Virus record (IMG/VR): IMGVR_UViG_3300029305_006221 | Location: 1 to 64,000 of that record | From: a virus | Reading direction: 5' to 3' (one strand) | Length of the DNA: 64,000 nt | In this document: in pieces, positions 59,660 to 64,000 of the stretch | Layout: the number at the start of each line of letters is the position of its first letter | Position numbering within the stretch: the first letter of the stretch is position 1 | The notes under the pieces: generated by a model | The model's input: the letters and a program-made list of their open reading frames with translations, nothing else | What the model was told of the DNA's origin: nothing | The model's database searches: none | Position numbers and translations under genes: made by a program

Positions 59660-59839
59660 TCATTTCCTCATTTCAACATCATATATTTTTTTCCCGTCGT
59701 GAATTTGTTTCAATTCCCATACGGCAGAAAAGTTGCACCCACACCCACATTTATATTTTTCTATTTTGGTAAGTGCGCACTGTCTATCGTCAATTTTGTA
59801 GACTTGTGCGGTGCTACCGCAATTTGGACATTTAATCAT
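59660..59839 (-). CDS. zinc-ribbon small protein (59 aa)
   Basis: MIKCPNCGST...KYKCGCGCNF. ATGATTAA overlap with the upstream gene. Confidence 0.4.
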   Translation of the reverse strand: MIKCPNCGSTAQVYKIDDRQCALTKIEKYKCGCGCNFSAVWELKQIHDGKKIYDVEMRK

Positions 59840-60008
59840 TGATAATATCTACCCTCACTCTCTCATATCTTACTACAAAAGTTTGGTTGCAATCGGGACA
59901 AAAGTATTCTTCATTATATTTAAGGAAACTTGGCGACCAACCTTGCTTACCTATGGCTACAGGATTGTGGCAACAAGGACAAAAGTATGTTTTACCTTTA
60001 ATATTCAT
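59832..60008 (-). CDS. zinc-ribbon small protein (58 aa)
   Basis: YFCPCCHN...FCPDCNQ. Consensus promoter upstream at about 60030-60060. Confidence 0.4.
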   Translation of the reverse strand: MNIKGKTYFCPCCHNPVAIGKQGWSPSFLKYNEEYFCPDCNQTFVVRYERVRVDIIND

Positions 60009-60286
60009 AAGTATTACCTCTCTTTCACACTTATATTATACCATATTATGTAGGTTTTGTCAAGAGGTTTTCGAAAAATATTTGCAACTATTTTTCTTAT
60101 ACAAGACCTACTCATACTCAACAGAATTGTTTCTGAGTCCAACCCAAGCGAGTCAGTGCGCACTGTCCTTGAAAGTATCGTATCTGCCTGTCCACTGTTT
60201 CTTGTCTTTCGGTCTTGTGTTCCCCTCTTGACATTATTATTATACCACAAAAGTGGCGATTTGTCAAGAGGTTTTGAGAAATTTTT

Positions 60287-60754
60287 TTAATTTTTTTCGT
60301 TCAACTTGAAGATGATTTCAGTTTGGTCGGAATAGTCGCTTACTACCTTTTTAGTGAAGCCCTCCAGCTCAAACTTTTCAATCAAATACTTGCGAACATC
60401 GCCACCGCCCCAATGTGTGTGGTTTTTCCACCATCTGCGGTCTTTTCTTTTGAGATACTGTTTAGCGAGGTTCATGTTCCATCCGTAGCCGTTGTCAAAG
60501 AAGTAGAATTCCTCTTCTTCGGCATCCCATTCTGCTCTACGGGGAATATAGTAGCGAAGGATTTCGTCAACTCTCTCCTCGTTCCATACTTGGCGAGCAT
60601 TGAGTTTCTTCTGTATCTTTTCAGAGATAACCATTATAATCCAGATAGGGAAGAAGATTACTCTGTTGACCTTATAGCCGTTCTTGCTCCACCACTTGCG
60701 GAAGGTGTTCTTCTTGGACTTTCTGTTCATTGCTTTGATGATTTCGTTGTTCAT
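60287..60754 (-). CDS. hypothetical basic Trp-rich protein
   Basis: 155-aa ORF. Promoter at about 60780-60810. Confidence 0.4.
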   Translation of the reverse strand: MNNEIIKAMNRKSKKNTFRKWWSKNGYKVNRVIFFPIWIIMVISEKIQKKLNARQVWNEERVDEILRYYIPRRAEWDAEEEEFYFFDNGYGWNMNLAKQYLKRKDRRWWKNHTHWGGGDVRKYLIEKFELEGFTKKVVSDYSDQTEIIFKLNEKN

Positions 60755-61034
60755 GGTGTTTACCTCTCTTTCACACCTATATTATACCACATTTAAGGGA
60801 AAATGTCAAGTGGTAATGTTGCACAAACTTTCAGCAGAAAAATAGCGAGAAGTATACAAAATGCACAAAACGGCGCCGCTCGGCTGAAAAGGCGCCGGCC
60901 GGCACTTTAAGTTGCGTGTGGGTAATTGCAGGAAAAAGAAAAAGCCCCGAACTTTTGACAAAATTCGCGGCAAATGTTGCAGAGGTCTAAGTCGCGGAAA
61001 ATCGGACTTGGCGCGACCGCCTTCGTCCGTCAGC

Positions 61035-61337
61035 TTAATGGCTGAAGTGTTTCAACACGTCTTGCGCATCATACTCATTTTCATCATCACTCATAATTAT
61101 AATTTTATTTTCCCATTCAGCAGGAATGCTTAAAATTTTAAATGTTTCCTTTAAGAAGGAGATTAACTCTGCACAATCATTTTTTTGATTGTCAGAATGA
61201 AAGAGAAGGGCGCCCAACTCTTCACAATATAGCGTGTGAAGTGGATAGTCTTGCGCTGAGAGGGTTTCCCAATCAAGGGGAGTTAGTGATGATTCAAAAG
61301 AAGTGATGACAAGAGCGTGGATGAAGTGATACTTCAT
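61035..61337 (-). CDS. hypothetical protein
   Basis: 100-aa ORF. Confidence 0.35.
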   Translation of the reverse strand: MKYHFIHALVITSFESSLTPLDWETLSAQDYPLHTLYCEELGALLFHSDNQKNDCAELISFLKETFKILSIPAEWENKIIIMSDDENEYDAQDVLKHFSH

Positions 61338-61419
61338 ACCGCGCGACCTCCTTGTATCTCTTATTTCTTTTTACATTTATATTATAATATAAAATTTTAT
61401 AAAAGTCAATGGGTGTGGA

Positions 61420-61740
61420 TTATTCCACACCCATGTTTTCTTCATATTCTTCTTTTGAAATTTCCTCATACTCATAAGAGCAATCGGCATAATAATTATC
61501 AAGAAGCTCTTGAATTTCATCTTCGTTCATATCTTCCACATTCTCGTCATTCCAACCTGTTACAAGATATTCGAAACTTTCCGCATTTTCTCTTGTTAAT
61601 TCTTCTGCGGTTTCTCGCAATTCTTCTTCGCTCATAGGCTCTTGTGAAGCAATATAGTGTTCGTTGTCAGTACCACAGAAGATTGTGGTTGTGGTTATTT
61701 TATAGTATTTCATTTTTTCTCCTTTGATGCGAATTTCCAA
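61420..61740 (-). CDS. hypothetical acidic protein
   Basis: 106-aa ORF. Confidence 0.35.
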   Translation of the reverse strand: MEIRIKGEKMKYYKITTTTIFCGTDNEHYIASQEPMSEEELRETAEELTRENAESFEYLVTGWNDENVEDMNEDEIQELLDNYYADCSYEYEEISKEEYEENMGVE

Positions 61741-61774
61741 ATTTTTCCAATGCGCTCTTCCTTAGTCCACCGCA

Positions 61775-62197
61775 TTATACGGTGGAGCTTTTGCGCTCAA
61801 AGGGTGTCATATCTTTGCGGAAAGTAAGCAACTTTGTATAAGTTTCTCTGATTTCAGCGAAGATATCATCGTAATTTTCCCAACCATCATATTTGCAATT
61901 ATATTTATAAATTCCGATTTTTTCTTTGCAATTAGAGCCTCTATCCCACGGATAAGAATACCCATATTCTGTTGCAATATGCTTTATATATTCAATATCT
62001 TCTTGCTTATTGATGATAAGATAATATGCACTTTCATACCCTTCTTCATCAAGAGTAAGCTCTTGAAATTCATCATTAAGCATTTTTAAACCGAGACTTT
62101 TTGACCGTAAAGTAGCTTCATATTCTTGGCACTCTTTTGCATTTGTAAAAGATTTTCCGTCAAAAGCTTCATAAGTATAGTGAATAATTTCTTTCAT
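61775..62197 (-). CDS. hypothetical protein
   Basis: 140-aa ORF. Promoter at about 62225-62255. Confidence 0.4.
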   Translation of the reverse strand: MKEIIHYTYEAFDGKSFTNAKECQEYEATLRSKSLGLKMLNDEFQELTLDEEGYESAYYLIINKQEDIEYIKHIATEYGYSYPWDRGSNCKEKIGIYKYNCKYDGWENYDDIFAEIRETYTKLLTFRKDMTPFERKSSTV

Positions 62198-62532
62198 AAG
62201 TATTTCCTTTCTTTCTTTGGTATCTATATTATACCATACTTTTATGTATTTGTCAAGAGGTTTTTGAAAATTTCTGCAAAAATTTTCAAAAGACTTTGCT
62301 ACTTGTCTTTACTCTATTGCAGTAGAGAAAGTCTTTGGTTATCCTTGCGGAGTTGCGACTACTCTTGCAACCGTCCTTTCCTCTTGACATACTTATTATA
62401 CCACATTTATCGGGATTTGTCAATAGGTAATAATCAACAAAGTTTTGTGCAGATTTTTGTGCAAAATGCCGGCTTGCAGATAAATCGGCACGCGCGCGAC
62501 TGTGCTCGTGCCGCCCGATAAAAAGAAAAAAA

Positions 62533-62548
62533 GAGGGCGGGCGCCCTC
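62533..62548 (-). terminator. terminator after the MazF-like operon
   Basis: GAGGGCGCCCGCCCUC hairpin followed by U8 on the minus strand. Confidence 0.55.
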
Positions 62549-62550
62549 TC

Positions 62551-62745
62551 TTATACAATATTCAAAAGGCTATCTTGCAATTTTTCATAGCTACAACGTG
62601 CTGACCATAACGGACAACTTAGACAGTCCATACCTTGACAGTCCACATTTGCACAGATATCCCCAAGATTATCTACTGCAGTTTGATATGCGATTATTTT
62701 CTCTTTTTCTTCTTTTTCATATACTGCTACTATTTTTGTTTTCAT
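62551..62745 (-). CDS. small cysteine-rich protein
   Basis: CANVDCQGMDCLSCPLWSARC. Last gene before the terminator at 62533-62548. Confidence 0.35.
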   Translation of the reverse strand: MKTKIVAVYEKEEKEKIIAYQTAVDNLGDICANVDCQGMDCLSCPLWSARCSYEKLQDSLLNIV

Positions 62746-62747
62746 AT

Positions 62748-63080
62748 TTAAACCCCCAAACTTTTCATTATTGCTTTGTTGACCTTTTGCATAAGGCTTT
62801 CATCAATTTCGGTTACCAACCATTTTAATCTGCTCTTGTCTATCGTACGCAACTGTTCAGTTAATATACAACTATCTTTTATTAGTGCGCCTGAGAGATT
62901 TATGTGAGTTGGTATGCGCTTTTTTGATTGAACTGAAGTGATTGCCGCAACGATTGTGGTTGGCGCATTTTTATTGCCTATATCATTTTGAATTATAAGC
63001 ACTGGTCTATATCCCCCTTGCTCGCTACCGACGACGGGCGACAAATCAGCATAATATATTTGTCCTCTTTTGATTTCCAT
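62748..63080 (-). CDS. MazF/PemK-family endoribonuclease toxin-like protein
   Basis: RGQIYYADLSPVVGSEQGGYRPVLIIQNDIGNKNAPTTIVAAITS matches the PemK/MazF N-terminal signature. Confidence 0.6.
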   Translation of the reverse strand: MEIKRGQIYYADLSPVVGSEQGGYRPVLIIQNDIGNKNAPTTIVAAITSVQSKKRIPTHINLSGALIKDSCILTEQLRTIDKSRLKWLVTEIDESLMQKVNKAIMKSLGV

Positions 63081-63106
63081 ATGTATCTCCTCTCTATAGA
63101 GGGCGA

Positions 63107-63397
63107 TTACTCGCCCTCACACACTGCAATGATTGCTTCCATTATGGAATTATAGCGGTAAAGCGGAACGAACCAATCATCAGCTACATAATGAGATATC
63201 AAAACCTCTCCTGTGGTTTCGCTAACTACCTCTACCTCACGAAACGCATTTTTTACTATTTTATAGATTTTCTTTGCCTTATCTTCGGGCAAATCGTTTA
63301 AACGGAGTGTGAGATTTGGAACTTCGTTCGACTTTGCAGTGATGGTGCAAGTGTGGATAATTCTGTCAATATTAGAGTTTATTTCTTTTGGTCTCAT
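63107..63397 (-). CDS. hypothetical protein upstream of the MazF-like gene (candidate antitoxin or partner)
   Basis: 96-aa ORF 27 nt upstream in the same operon. Consensus promoter at about 63425-63455. Confidence 0.3.
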   Translation of the reverse strand: MRPKEINSNIDRIIHTCTITAKSNEVPNLTLRLNDLPEDKAKKIYKIVKNAFREVEVVSETTGEVLISHYVADDWFVPLYRYNSIMEAIIAVCEGE

Positions 63398-63498
63398 AGA
63401 TATGTACCTTTCCTTTCTTTATCTTACATATATATTATACCATATACTTAATGATTTGTCAATATGGCATTTTGCACAAACTTTTGGGTGGGGACTTG

Positions 63499-63807
63499 TC
63501 AACAATAGACAAGTCCCATATCTCTCCATCTCAGTATGGAGATTTGCTCACAAGCGCGCCCAACCTCAAGCGCCTTTTTGAGAGTGCTCTCACGATGTGA
63601 TTTATCAATGTAGTATATGCCATTGCTAAACCATACACCGCAGTTACCGCCATATGCCTTAACAGCATTGATTGCTTCTCTTGCTGTGCGACATTCTATA
63701 CCCTCTGTTGCGACTTGATAACCTGTCTTATATATGATAGGCGCGCCCTTCTTGAGTGTTAAACCGTCATTATCCTTCAGCTTGAGAATTGAACGAATGT
63801 TAATCAT
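63499..63807 (-). CDS. hypothetical protein
   Basis: 102-aa ORF. Promoter at about 63835-63865. Confidence 0.35.
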   Translation of the reverse strand: MINIRSILKLKDNDGLTLKKGAPIIYKTGYQVATEGIECRTAREAINAVKAYGGNCGVWFSNGIYYIDKSHRESTLKKALEVGRACEQISILRWRDMGLVYC

Positions 63808-64000
63808 AGTATGTATTACCCCTTTCCTTTATTACACTTATATTATATCACAAATGCGGGATTTTGTCAATAGTCAAATGTAACAAAGTTTTGAAGAAAA
63901 AAAGACGATGATTTGTGCAGATTGCATAAAACGTGCCGCGGCGGGGGATTGCGGCACGGCGAGTGAAAAAAGACTGCTGTGTTAGCAGTCCTTTAAGTCA

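Noticed and set aside
5168-63890. More than 35 copies of a 45-bp near-identical motif (..TATATTATAACATAATTTTTATAAAAATCAA..), considered as CRISPR repeats, terminal repeats or transposon ends
   Set aside because: Spacing is irregular and follows gene boundaries. Read on the minus strand, each copy is a TTGAnn-N17-TGnTATAAT promoter. There are no cas genes and no uniform spacers.

Overview
This window is an AT-rich segment (about one third GC, against roughly half in the tRNA island) of a large tailed-phage-like genome. Nearly everything is transcribed on the minus strand from at least 35 near-identical sigma70-type promoters (TTGAnn-N17-TGnTATAAT). Identifiable modules are as follows. DNA replication and recombination: a DHH/RecJ-like phosphoesterase, a DnaG-like primase, a DnaB-like helicase, an AAA_24/Sak4-like ATPase, an NAD-dependent DNA ligase, GyrA-like and GyrB-like type II topoisomerase subunits, and RNase H. 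RNA repair: a split Pnkp-like kinase and metallophosphoesterase, plus an Rnl2-like RNA ligase with an N-terminal tRNA-binding domain. Also present are a phage-encoded sigma70-family sigma factor, an 830-aa homolog of the eukaryotic major vault protein, and a 21-gene tRNA island (35.5-44.4 kb) with GC-rich ORF-free spacers. The most striking feature is that at least 13 otherwise intact genes carry in-frame TAG codons (never TAA or TGA). A stand-alone amber-suppressor tRNA(CUA) gene with a tRNA-Gln-like D-arm, its own promoter and terminator sits at 21.5 kb. Together these indicate TAG has been reassigned, probably to Gln (code-15-like). Two group I introns with homing endonucleases interrupt the AAA_24 ATPase gene (LAGLIDADG) and the gyrB-like gene (GIY-YIG), and there are several free-standing GIY-YIG/HNH endonuclease genes. 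The last ~9 kb is an early-gene-like cluster of small ORFs, each behind a consensus TTGACA-N17-TATAAT promoter, including a MazF/PemK-like toxin. A short plus-strand island (49.8-54.3 kb) contains small HTH proteins and clustered TTGTAA/TTACAA operator-like palindromes. No rRNA, CRISPR array, integrase or structural or lysis genes could be supported in this window. All coordinates were derived by hand and are approximate to a few nt.
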